Shown here piece by piece: positions 1 to 7,728 of a DNA stretch of 34,321 bases. The first letter of the stretch is position 1. Every line of letters begins with the position of its first letter. Source of the stretch: Pseudomonadota bacterium (GTDB lineage: Bacteria; Pseudomonadota; Alphaproteobacteria; UBA11222); the NCBI GenBank assembly GCA_049323975.1, contig JBMOMY010000036.1, forward strand, positions 1 to 34,321, written 5' to 3'. Position numbers and translations under genes: made by a program. Under the pieces are notes generated by a model. The model had not been told where the DNA came from and searched no databases. It worked only from the letters and a program-made list of their open reading frames with translations.

Positions 1-714
1 CATCTGAACGGTACCCTGAGTAAGCTAGATCGTGAACTGAACAGCGGGAAGCCCGCCAGTTCTTTCCGAATAGCAGAACTGTCTTACAATAGTCCCGTTC
101 GAGTAGTTATCGCAGCCACGCCACGACCAAATCACCCCCATATTGCAGGACAGGTGTTGAAAACCTTTGGTCGCATTGCAGAAGCGATCAAGAGCGGCAG
201 TCCCCTTGAGACAATAGATGCAGACTTATTGGAAGACATACAAGCGCTCGCGCGGCCTGTGGGGAAGCAATTAAAGGCAGCGGCGATTTTGTTTGATGAT
301 CACCAACTGGACCTCAATGAAGCGGTATCTCGACGTATGGTCGAGGCGCTTGCCATAGCAGAAGAATGCTCCGGAATTATTGAGGGCAATCTTGAGCAGA
401 TCAACGTGCACAACCAAGCAAACAAGTTTTACATTTACCCGACCGTTGGCCCAAAGAAGGTAACCTGTCACTTTTCCAATAAGCTCTATGAAGACGCAGT
501 CGCTGCTGTTGGGAAACGAGTCGAAGTGTACGGAATTTTGCGCTTCCGGCCAGGTGCGAGCTTTCCTCATCAAATAGAGGTAACTGATATTGAAATATTC
601 CCACCTGATTCTGAGTTGCCAGATTGGGATGACCTCCGGGGACGCGCTCCTAATGCTACGGGCGGCCTGAGTAGCGAAGCCTTCGTCAGGGAGCTTCGCG
701 ATGGCTGGCGATAG
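1..714 (+). CDS. Hypothetical protein, 5' truncated by the window; putative large antitoxin-like partner of the downstream PIN toxin
   Basis: Frame is open from base 1 (HLNGTLSKLDREL...) into the listed ORF 154-714. Has a beta-rich region (IEGNLEQINVH...KVTCHF...GKRVEVYG) and a VapB-like tail (DWDDLRG...SSEAFVRELRDGW). Stop overlaps the PIN gene start. Confidence 0.7.
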   Translation, partial: HLNGTLSKLDRELNSGKPASSFRIAELSYNSPVRVVIAATPRPNHPHIAGQVLKTFGRIAEAIKSGSPLETIDADLLEDIQALARPVGKQLKAAAILFDDHQLDLNEAVSRRMVEALAIAEECSGIIEGNLEQINVHNQANKFYIYPTVGPKKVTCHFSNKLYEDAVAAVGKRVEVYGILRFRPGASFPHQIEVTDIEIFPPDSELPDWDDLRGRAPNATGGLSSEAFVRELRDGWR

Positions 715-1222
715 CCCGCTATATTATTGGGATACCTGCCTCTTCCTCGCCTGGCTCAAGGATGAGCAGAGAAAGCCTGGCGAAATGGACGGGGTTAGGG
801 AGATCGTTGAACGTCATAAGAGGCGCGAGGTTAGATTGATGACATCGGTCCTGACGATGACCGAAGTTCTTTCGGCAAAGATTCCCATTGGGATGGAAAC
901 TCTCTTTGGTGGGTTGATGAAACGTATCAGCAAGCAAGGAATCGATACCAGGATAGCGGCTCTCGCGCATGATCTGCGGAACCATTACGTGGTGAACACT
1001 GACCAATTTAGAGGAAAGACCTTATCCACACCCGATGCCCTTCATTTGGCTACAGCAATATTATATCGCGCTGATGAATTTCATACGTTTGACGACAGCA
1101 ACAATCGCAATTCCATTGGATTGATCAAATTATCCGGCAACGTGGGCGGGAACGATCTGAAGATATGCAAACCAAACGCAAAAAACCCTCAGCTCGATCT
1201 CAGAAAGCCTGGAACCAATTGA
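701..1222 (+). CDS. PIN-domain (VapC-like) ribonuclease toxin
   Basis: PIN acidic motifs: YYWDTCLFLAWL, TSVLTMTEV, STPDALHLATA, FHTFD. Confidence 0.85.
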   Translation: MAGDSPLYYWDTCLFLAWLKDEQRKPGEMDGVREIVERHKRREVRLMTSVLTMTEVLSAKIPIGMETLFGGLMKRISKQGIDTRIAALAHDLRNHYVVNTDQFRGKTLSTPDALHLATAILYRADEFHTFDDSNNRNSIGLIKLSGNVGGNDLKICKPNAKNPQLDLRKPGTN

Positions 1223-1299
1223 AAGCCCAGAATTCGCACGATTCATCCGAGGCCATCGCCCGCCGTATAGAATGCGACGAAAATACGACGCCCTGGTAA

Positions 1300-1338
1300 G
1301 ATCGCAGAGAGCGAAGCCGTCATGAGCAGGAAACTTAA
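1300..1338 (+). pseudogene. Possible 3' remnant of a BrnT-type toxin gene
   Basis: Reads DRRERSRHEQET* and overlaps the antitoxin ATG (cATGag), like BrnT C-termini (R-K-E-R-x-x-Y-E). An in-frame stop lies at 1297-1299 and no toxin body is present upstream. Confidence 0.4.
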
Positions 1339-1588
1339 ACTCATCCCGAAATTCCGCAGCAAGTCGCGAGAGCGTCAGTTCTGGGAAACCCGTGACAGTT
1401 CCGGATATCTGGACTGGCGTCAGGCGGAGGCCGTACGCCTGCACAACCTGAAGCCAACGACAACCTCCATATCGCTGCGCCTGCCGCTGGCGATGCTGGA
1501 GCGGATTAAAATCGCCGCCAACCAGCGCGACATGCCTTATCAATCGCTGATCAAGGCGCGGCTGGCGGAGAAAACCGGGACGAAATGA
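1322..1588 (+). CDS. BrnA/CopG-family antitoxin (orphan)
   Basis: IPKF...ERQFWET.DS..YLDW...NLKPTTTSISLRLP..MLERIKIAANQRDMPYQSLIK is a typical CopG-antitoxin/BrnA ribbon-helix-helix sequence. Confidence 0.85.
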   Translation: MSRKLKLIPKFRSKSRERQFWETRDSSGYLDWRQAEAVRLHNLKPTTTSISLRLPLAMLERIKIAANQRDMPYQSLIKARLAEKTGTK

Positions 1589-1620
1589 CCCTGAGGAACA
1601 GGGAAAGCGAAACCACCCCC

Positions 1621-2376
1621 TCACATCGTGGTGTAGCCGCCATCGACGACGATTTCCGCGCCGGTGACATAACTCGCCTCATCAGAGGCCAGGAACAGCA
1701 CCGGATAGGAAACCTCGCGCGGCTCCGCCGGACGGCGCAAGAGCGTGGTGCCGAGAAACGCCTTTTCCGTTCTCTCATTCACCAGGAAATCGCTGGTCAT
1801 CGGGGTGCGGATGACGCCCGGATGAATGGAGTTGCAGCGGATGTTGTATTGCGCATATTCCACCGCAACCGATTTCGTCAGCAGGCGGACGGCGCCTTTC
1901 GCCGCCTGATAGGCGGCCGCGCCGCGCATGCCGATGATCCCGGCGATGGAGGAGATGTTGACGATCGACCCGCCGCCCGCCTTGCGCATCGCCGGCAGGA
2001 TATGCTTGCAGCCATAGAACACGCCCTTGACATTGATGTCGAGCATGCGGTCAAGCTCCGGCCCGGTGGTTTCCTCCGTGGTCTTCATGATCAGGATGCC
2101 CGCATTGTTCACCAGAATATCCACCTTTCCGAAGGTGGATACGGCCTGGTTGACGGCGGCCTGCCACTCCGCTTCCTTGACGACATCGAATTTGATGAAC
2201 AGGCCCTGACCACCCTTTCCGTTGATCAGGGAAATGGTTTCACGCCCGCCCGCCTCGTTCACATCGGAAACGACGACCGTCGCCCCTTCCTCCGCCATCA
2301 GCAGCGCATGTTCGCGCCCCATGCCCGATCCGCCGCCGGTGATGAAGGCGATCTTTCCTGCAAGCCGTCCCGCCAT
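1621..2376 (-). CDS. SDR family NAD(P)-dependent oxidoreductase (copy 2)
   Basis: TGGGSGMG, NNAG, YxxxK (YQAAK), VDGG; 251 aa. Confidence 0.95.
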   Translation of the reverse strand: MAGRLAGKIAFITGGGSGMGREHALLMAEEGATVVVSDVNEAGGRETISLINGKGGQGLFIKFDVVKEAEWQAAVNQAVSTFGKVDILVNNAGILIMKTTEETTGPELDRMLDINVKGVFYGCKHILPAMRKAGGGSIVNISSIAGIIGMRGAAAYQAAKGAVRLLTKSVAVEYAQYNIRCNSIHPGVIRTPMTSDFLVNERTEKAFLGTTLLRRPAEPREVSYPVLFLASDEASYVTGAEIVVDGGYTTM

Positions 2377-2415
2377 GTCCCTTATCCTCTTTGATTGCTG
2401 TTTCGGTGATTGGGT

Positions 2416-3171
2416 TCAGACCGTCGTATAGCCGCCATCGACGACGATCTCCGCGCCGGTGACATAGCTGGCCTCGTCGGAAGCAAGGAAAAGCACCGGA
2501 TAGGAAACCTCCCGCGGCTCGGCCGCGCGGCGCAAAATGGTTCCCGCCAGCAGCGCTTTGGTGGCCTCCTCGCTGGTCATCAGATCCTTGGTCATCGCCG
2601 TGCGGATCGCGCCGGGATGAATGGAGTTGCAGCGGATATTGTATTGCGCATATTCCACCGCGACCGATTTCGTCAGGAGGCGCACGGCGCCTTTCGCCGC
2701 CTGATAGGCGGAAGCCGCTGGCGCCCCGATAAGCCCGTAGATCGATGAAATGTTGATGATCGAGCCGCCAGACGCCTTGCGCATGGCGGGCAGGATATGT
2801 TTGCAGCCGTAGAACACGCCCTTGACGTTCACATCCATCATGCGGTCAAGCTCCGGCCCGGTGGTGTCCTCGATCATCTTCATGATCAGGATGCCGGCAT
2901 TGTTCACCAGAATGTCGACCCGCCCAAAGGTCGCCACGGCCTGCTCGACGGCGGCCTGCCAGGCGGCCTCGCTTGCGACGTCGAAATGAATGAACACGGC
3001 CTGGCCGCCCTTGCCGTTGATCATGGAAACGGTTTCACGCCCGCCCGCCTCGTTCACATCGGAAACGATGATGCTGGCGCCTTCCTCGGCCATCAGCAGC
3101 GCATGTTCGCGCCCCATGCCCGAGCCCCCGCCGGTGATGAAAGCAATCTTTCCCGCAACCCGTCCAGCCAT
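2416..3171 (-). CDS. SDR family oxidoreductase (copy 1), cyclic secondary-alcohol dehydrogenase-like
   Basis: Same SDR motifs; SSIYGLIGAPAASAYQAAKGAVRLLTK resembles CpnA/3alpha,20beta-HSD-type SDRs; 251 aa. Confidence 0.95.
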   Translation of the reverse strand: MAGRVAGKIAFITGGGSGMGREHALLMAEEGASIIVSDVNEAGGRETVSMINGKGGQAVFIHFDVASEAAWQAAVEQAVATFGRVDILVNNAGILIMKMIEDTTGPELDRMMDVNVKGVFYGCKHILPAMRKASGGSIINISSIYGLIGAPAASAYQAAKGAVRLLTKSVAVEYAQYNIRCNSIHPGAIRTAMTKDLMTSEEATKALLAGTILRRAAEPREVSYPVLFLASDEASYVTGAEIVVDGGYTTV

Positions 3172-3339
3172 TCCTGTCTCCCTGATTTTGATTTGTTTTA
3201 TAGCAGCTTATGCGCGGCTGGCCAGCATGTCCATGCTGTTGACGGCCTGATCAATAAAGGCCCGTTCACGCGCTTAGACCCATGGCGTTTCCAAGCCAAC
3301 TCGTATAATAGTTATGGGGTACGCAGCAGGAGGAAAAAC

Positions 3340-4143
3340 ATGCACGCATTATTTGAAAAACAGGGTCATGTCGGCATCATCACCATGAACCGGCCGGACG
3401 CCCTCAACGCCCTCAGCCCGGAAATGATCTGTCAGCTGGCGGATTACTGGAAAGAGGTGCGCGACAATCCCGATATTCGCGTCGCGGTGGTGACCGGGGC
3501 CGGACCGAAATCATTTTGCTCGGGGGCCGATCTGGGCCAGCTGATCCCGCTGTTCACCGGCGCCCGCACCCCGCAAAATGATTACGAAAAGCGGGTGGTG
3601 GCGGATCGCGGCCTTACCGGCATCGGCATTTTGCGGGATTTCGACACGGTGAAACCCGTCGTGGCGGCGGTCAACGGCTTCGCGGTGGCGGGCGGAACGG
3701 AAATGCTGCAGGGCACGGATATCCGGGTGGCTTCCGAAAAGGCCCGTTTCGGCCTGCAGGAGGTGAAATGGGCGATTTTCCCCGGCGGCGGCTCGACCGT
3801 GCGCCTGCCGCGCCAGATCCCCTATTGCCGCGCGATGGAGATTCTCATCACCGGCGATCTGATCAGCGCCCAGGAAGCCTATATGATCGGCCTGGTCAAC
3901 AAGGTGGTGCCCCAGGAAAAGGTTATGGACGCGGCCATGGAATACGCCGCGAAACTGGCCAAGAACGGACCTGTCGCCGTGCAGGCGATCCGCCGTTCGG
4001 CGCGGGAATGCATCGGCTATCCCGAAAAGGAGGCGCTGGAAATGGAAAGCAAGTTCGCCGCCCCCGTGCTGAAAACCGAGGATGCGGTGGAAGGCCCGCG
4101 CGCCTTCATGGAAAAGCGCGAGCCGGTGTTCAAGGGCCGTTAA
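3340..4143 (+). CDS. Enoyl-CoA hydratase/isomerase (crotonase family)
   Basis: True start is the ATG at 3340 after the RBS GGAGGA. Motifs: ITMNRPDALNAL, FCSGADL, AVNGFAVAGGTE, FGLQE, RAFMEKREPVFKG. Confidence 0.93.
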   Translation: MHALFEKQGHVGIITMNRPDALNALSPEMICQLADYWKEVRDNPDIRVAVVTGAGPKSFCSGADLGQLIPLFTGARTPQNDYEKRVVADRGLTGIGILRDFDTVKPVVAAVNGFAVAGGTEMLQGTDIRVASEKARFGLQEVKWAIFPGGGSTVRLPRQIPYCRAMEILITGDLISAQEAYMIGLVNKVVPQEKVMDAAMEYAAKLAKNGPVAVQAIRRSARECIGYPEKEALEMESKFAAPVLKTEDAVEGPRAFMEKREPVFKGR

Positions 4144-4184
4144 GCGGACCTCGCATTCTGGCCAAAGCCGCCAATCTGCGGCAT

Positions 4185-4214
4185 AATGGCGGGAGCCCGC
4201 CTCCCGCCATTTTT
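4185..4214 (+). terminator. Stem-loop followed by a T run (possible intrinsic terminator or attenuator)
   Basis: aatggcgggag-cccgc-ctcccgccatt followed by ttt, between the hydratase and SDR genes. Confidence 0.55.
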
Positions 4215-4231
4215 ATTGAGAGCAGCCATCC

Positions 4232-5113
4232 ATGAACAAACGTTACAGCAAGGCCGACGCGCCGCCCGGAAAATTCGGCGTCAGCGATGAAGCGCTGGCG
4301 AACCACCCCACGGTTTTCCGCAATGATCTTTTCAAGGGCAAGCGCGTGCTGGTGTCGGGCGCCGGCAGCGGCATCGGCAAGGCGACGGCCTATCTTTTCG
4401 CTCGGCTCGGCGCGGATCTCGTCATCTGCGGCCGTAACGAGGAAAGGCTGGCGGTCGCGGAAGACTGGCTGAAGAAATTCGGCGCGAAGGTGGAAACCCA
4501 CGCCCTTTCCATCCGCGACCATGACGCGGTGGCGAAAATGATCGATAGCGCCTTCGCCAATGGCGGCGTCGACATTCAGGTGAACAATGCGGGCGGGCAG
4601 TTTTCGCAAAAGGCGATCGATTATTCGGTAAAGGGCTGGAACGCCGTCATCGACACCAATCTGAACGGCACCTGGTACATGATGCAGAATCTCGCCCGCC
4701 ATCTGCGCGATGCGGGCCGGCCCGGCCATATCATCAATATCGTGGCGGATATCTGGCGCGGCATGCCGGATGCGGCGCATACCTGCGCGGCGCGCGCGGG
4801 CGTCGTCTATCTTTCGAAAACCGTCGCCGTCGAATGGGCCGAACACCAGATTCAGGTCAACTGCGTCGCGCCCGGCGCGGTGGAGACCGAAGGCTTCGGC
4901 AATTATCCGCCCGAGGCCTCGGCCACCTTCGCCCAGGCGAACCCCATGCTGCATGTGGGGGAATCTTTCGACATCGCCGAGGCCTGCGCCTATCTCGCCG
5001 CGCCGTCCGGCAAGTTCATCACCGGCGAGGTGCTGACGGTGGATGGCGGCCAGCAATTGTGGAGCGATCTGTGGCTCTACGGCAAGCCCGACTATTTCAA
5101 GCAGGGCGGATAG
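4232..5113 (+). CDS. SDR, 2,4-dienoyl-CoA/trans-2-enoyl-CoA reductase-like (AtuB/PECR group)
   Basis: SGAGSGIG, NNAGGQF, GWNAVIDTNLNGTW, AHTCAARAGV, VDGG. Confidence 0.88.
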   Translation: MNKRYSKADAPPGKFGVSDEALANHPTVFRNDLFKGKRVLVSGAGSGIGKATAYLFARLGADLVICGRNEERLAVAEDWLKKFGAKVETHALSIRDHDAVAKMIDSAFANGGVDIQVNNAGGQFSQKAIDYSVKGWNAVIDTNLNGTWYMMQNLARHLRDAGRPGHIINIVADIWRGMPDAAHTCAARAGVVYLSKTVAVEWAEHQIQVNCVAPGAVETEGFGNYPPEASATFAQANPMLHVGESFDIAEACAYLAAPSGKFITGEVLTVDGGQQLWSDLWLYGKPDYFKQGG

Positions 5114-5143
5114 GGGCGGATTCTACTGCGGGCGGGGCGCGGC

Positions 5144-5566
5144 CTACGGATGCAGCACGACCTGCGTCTGGGTGATCTGGGCCACATGCTTGCCATCCTC
5201 GCGCCGGATATTCGTCTGCCAGACCTGGGTGCGGCGGCCCAGATGCAGGGGCGCGCATTCGCCAATGATCCGGGTTCCCTCCAGCGCGGCGGCGAAAAAA
5301 TTGGTCTTCGATTCAAGCGTGGTCGTGCCCGCCCCCTGCGGCAGGTTCAACGACGTGCCATAGGCCCCCAGCGTATCGGCAAAGGCCATCAGGGCGCCCC
5401 CATGCATGATGCCCGGCATGGTGCACAGCTCCCGCGTGACGGTCAGTTCCGCCCGGATCAGGGAAGGAGAGGCCGCCAGAAACACCATCCCAAGCGTTGC
5501 GGGAAACAGCCCCTCGGTGCTGGCCTGCAATTCGGCAAGGGAAGGCTGGGGCGCAGGCGTGGTCAT
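5144..5566 (-). CDS. PaaI family hotdog thioesterase
   Basis: Start MTTPAP at 5566 with RBS AAGGAGG; motifs MHGGALMAFADTLG, TTLESKTNF, HLGRRTQVW. Confidence 0.9.
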   Translation of the reverse strand: MTTPAPQPSLAELQASTEGLFPATLGMVFLAASPSLIRAELTVTRELCTMPGIMHGGALMAFADTLGAYGTSLNLPQGAGTTTLESKTNFFAAALEGTRIIGECAPLHLGRRTQVWQTNIRREDGKHVAQITQTQVVLHP

Positions 5567-5648
5567 GAAGTGCCTCCTTAATCTGGCGTGCGATTCCGCC
5601 CCGATTATGGCAGAAACCCGATGCGCGGCACAGCGGCCTTGCGGACAA

Positions 5649-6224
5649 TCACCCCGCCTTTCCGGACAGTCTGATTTTACGGGTCTTACCAACGGTATCG
5701 GTAATTTCCGGTAATCGTTCCGGCGTTTCAATACGGCAGAGCTTTAGATAAAGCTTCTTCGCCCCTTCAAGACGGTTTTCGCCCGCCTTGACAGGTTTCC
5801 GCCTGGCGGTTTCTTTCCACGGATTCGGGATTCCTTCCCTGGCGAGAAATGCGGCCGTGGCCGCAAGTTCCAGTTCTATAGGGTCCGCACCCGCCGCTGT
5901 ATCCGTAAACTCCTGCTTCTCTGAACAGCCTTCAACAGTGAAGATGGAATAGAACCCCCCCCAGTCTGTTGGAAGCTCCTTTTCTTCGAGTAAATCAAGC
6001 AAGCCAGCATTACGCGCCGCATCCGCCAGATCCTCACTATATGGCCCATAATGATGATAATCGAATTTGAATCCACTGCCCAGACCGGCCAATTCACGCA
6101 AATAAGCGACTTTTTGAAGACGAGTCCGCCCGACAATCCTGCCGCCCGCCGCGCGTATGATCTCAACAACCCTATCCACGTCCCGCTTTGCTACGTTTCG
6201 CTTTCTTTTTACCCCCTGCGACAT
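5649..6224 (-). CDS. YwgA-like / SocA(Panacea)-fold-like protein
   Basis: GRTRLQKVAYL...FDYHHYGPYSEDL...ELELAATAAFL. The LQKxxY / YGPYS signature is shared by YwgA, SocA/DUF4065 and the DarG C-terminal region. GGAG RBS present; overlaps the HD gene end by 53 bp. Confidence 0.75.
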   Translation of the reverse strand: MSQGVKRKRNVAKRDVDRVVEIIRAAGGRIVGRTRLQKVAYLRELAGLGSGFKFDYHHYGPYSEDLADAARNAGLLDLLEEKELPTDWGGFYSIFTVEGCSEKQEFTDTAAGADPIELELAATAAFLAREGIPNPWKETARRKPVKAGENRLEGAKKLYLKLCRIETPERLPEITDTVGKTRKIRLSGKAG

Positions 6225-7665
6225 TACTTATCTCCTTTTCTACCTCCTGCTCGATGAAGCTTTTCGCCTCTGTATCGCTCTCTGAATAGTAAATCCTAAA
6301 CAGCTTGAAGGGCTCAATCGCCGCGACCACCTTTGACCTTTCGCCAAGGTCAACGAGATCGCCATTTGTGGTTTTGATTCTTATCTGATTCAATGGCCCT
6401 TTTGATTCCTCAAATCGTTTATACGGTACACGATTCGCCTGATCAACGAAGATGCGGGGAACCCTGTCATTCTTGTCATGATTCCACTGCTTAACCCTCT
6501 CGTTGACTCTTGCACAGGCCTTATCGACGGCGCTGTCTTTTCCCTTTTCCTTTTCTTTTTCCTTTTCTTTTTCCTTTTCTTTTTCTTCGTCTTTTTCTTC
6601 GTCTTTGCCTTGGCCGCGAATGAACTGGTCCCTGATATCAATGCATTTGAGTAATTTTCTGTCCCGCAGACGAATGGCAAAATCTGTAATCAGGGGATCG
6701 CTGGATTCCGCCATCATGGGCAAGCTGCCCCAGATGACGGCGTCGTCCAGTTGAAGGAAGTATTCAATGTTATCTGGTTCTTGGGCAAATTTAATTAAAG
6801 GATGCCGGGGATCAAGTCCCGTTACGACAGAGCTTGAATCTTGTGTCTTAGATATGATTTGGACAAGCAGTTCGGTTAGAATGATTTCGGCACTTCGTGT
6901 AGCCTTGTGAAAATAAACGGTCGGATATAACTGAAAGAGGCCCAATACATAGGCTTCGGCAGCGTAAATCGCCTTTGGGCCAAGCACGAGGGTTTCAATC
7001 TGTCCCGCAGATACATTGTCAACGCTATAAGGAATGCTTCCGACTTCAAGGTTGGCGATCAGCCATTCGAAATCGATGGCGCTGTGCTGAGTGCCGGTCA
7101 TCAATCGATCCCGCTGCATATAATCGAGCCGGTCGGCGTCGAATTGACTGGAGACGACCGCATTATAAATATTACTGGGCACATCGCTGCTAATGACATC
7201 CGCCACATCATTGGCAAAACCACTGCCTAAATTTTTTTTCAAATCATTACTGACCTCACTATCGCGAATTAAAAGATCACTGACATGCTCATGCCTGGCC
7301 ATTTTCAGATCGAGACGCCGGCCCACTTCTTCAAAGGCATGGCTGAATGGGCCATGACCAATATCGTGAACCAGGGCCGCTGCAAGTGCGGTACGCGATT
7401 TAGTCACCTTAAATTTTTTATCAAGGTGTCTTTCAATAACGGTCATCAGTTTCCGGGCGGTGTGAAACACGCCAATACTGTGCGCGAACCGGGAGTGAGC
7501 AGCCCCTGGGTAAACTAATTCTGAAAGCCCAAGCTGTTTAATCCGCCGCAGACGCTGAAACGGCCGTGTCTGGATGACGCGCCATAACTCATCCTCAAAG
7601 TCATCGGCCTTGAATTCGATAAGGTTATGAATCGGATCACGTATGCGTGGCGGTTTATATTCCAT
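6172..7665 (-). CDS. HD-domain phosphohydrolase, dNTP triphosphohydrolase-like (YwfO/EF1143/SAMHD1 group)
   Basis: IRDPIH, FQRLRRIKQLG, HSRFAHSIGV, AALVHDIGHGPFSHAFE, SSQFDADRLDYMQRD, VYFHK. Confidence 0.9.
   Translation of the reverse strand: MEYKPPRIRDPIHNLIEFKADDFEDELWRVIQTRPFQRLRRIKQLGLSELVYPGAAHSRFAHSIGVFHTARKLMTVIERHLDKKFKVTKSRTALAAALVHDIGHGPFSHAFEEVGRRLDLKMARHEHVSDLLIRDSEVSNDLKKNLGSGFANDVADVISSDVPSNIYNAVVSSQFDADRLDYMQRDRLMTGTQHSAIDFEWLIANLEVGSIPYSVDNVSAGQIETLVLGPKAIYAAEAYVLGLFQLYPTVYFHKATRSAEIILTELLVQIISKTQDSSSVVTGLDPRHPLIKFAQEPDNIEYFLQLDDAVIWGSLPMMAESSDPLITDFAIRLRDRKLLKCIDIRDQFIRGQGKDEEKDEEKEKEKEKEKEKEKGKDSAVDKACARVNERVKQWNHDKNDRVPRIFVDQANRVPYKRFEESKGPLNQIRIKTTNGDLVDLGERSKVVAAIEPFKLFRIYYSESDTEAKSFIEQEVEKEISNVAGGKKKAKRSKAGRG
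6535..6606. repeat. In-frame microsatellite inside the HD gene, encoding KDEEKDEEKEKEKEKEKEKEKGKD
   Basis: On the + strand: (ttttccttttct)x3 at 6545-6580, then (ttttcttcgtct)x2. Confidence 0.9.
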
Positions 7666-7728
7666 ATAAAGTTCATATTTTGTTCTTTTTGGCTTGTCAA
7701 ACGATTATTTGCCTTGCGTTATAACCCC

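Noticed and set aside
1585-3339. Long + strand ORFs (1585-2394, 2410-2748) and the N-terminal 181 aa of ORF 2797-4143
   Set aside because: Antisense shadows of the GC-rich SDR genes; the real hydratase starts at 3340 with its own RBS, so there is no fusion protein.
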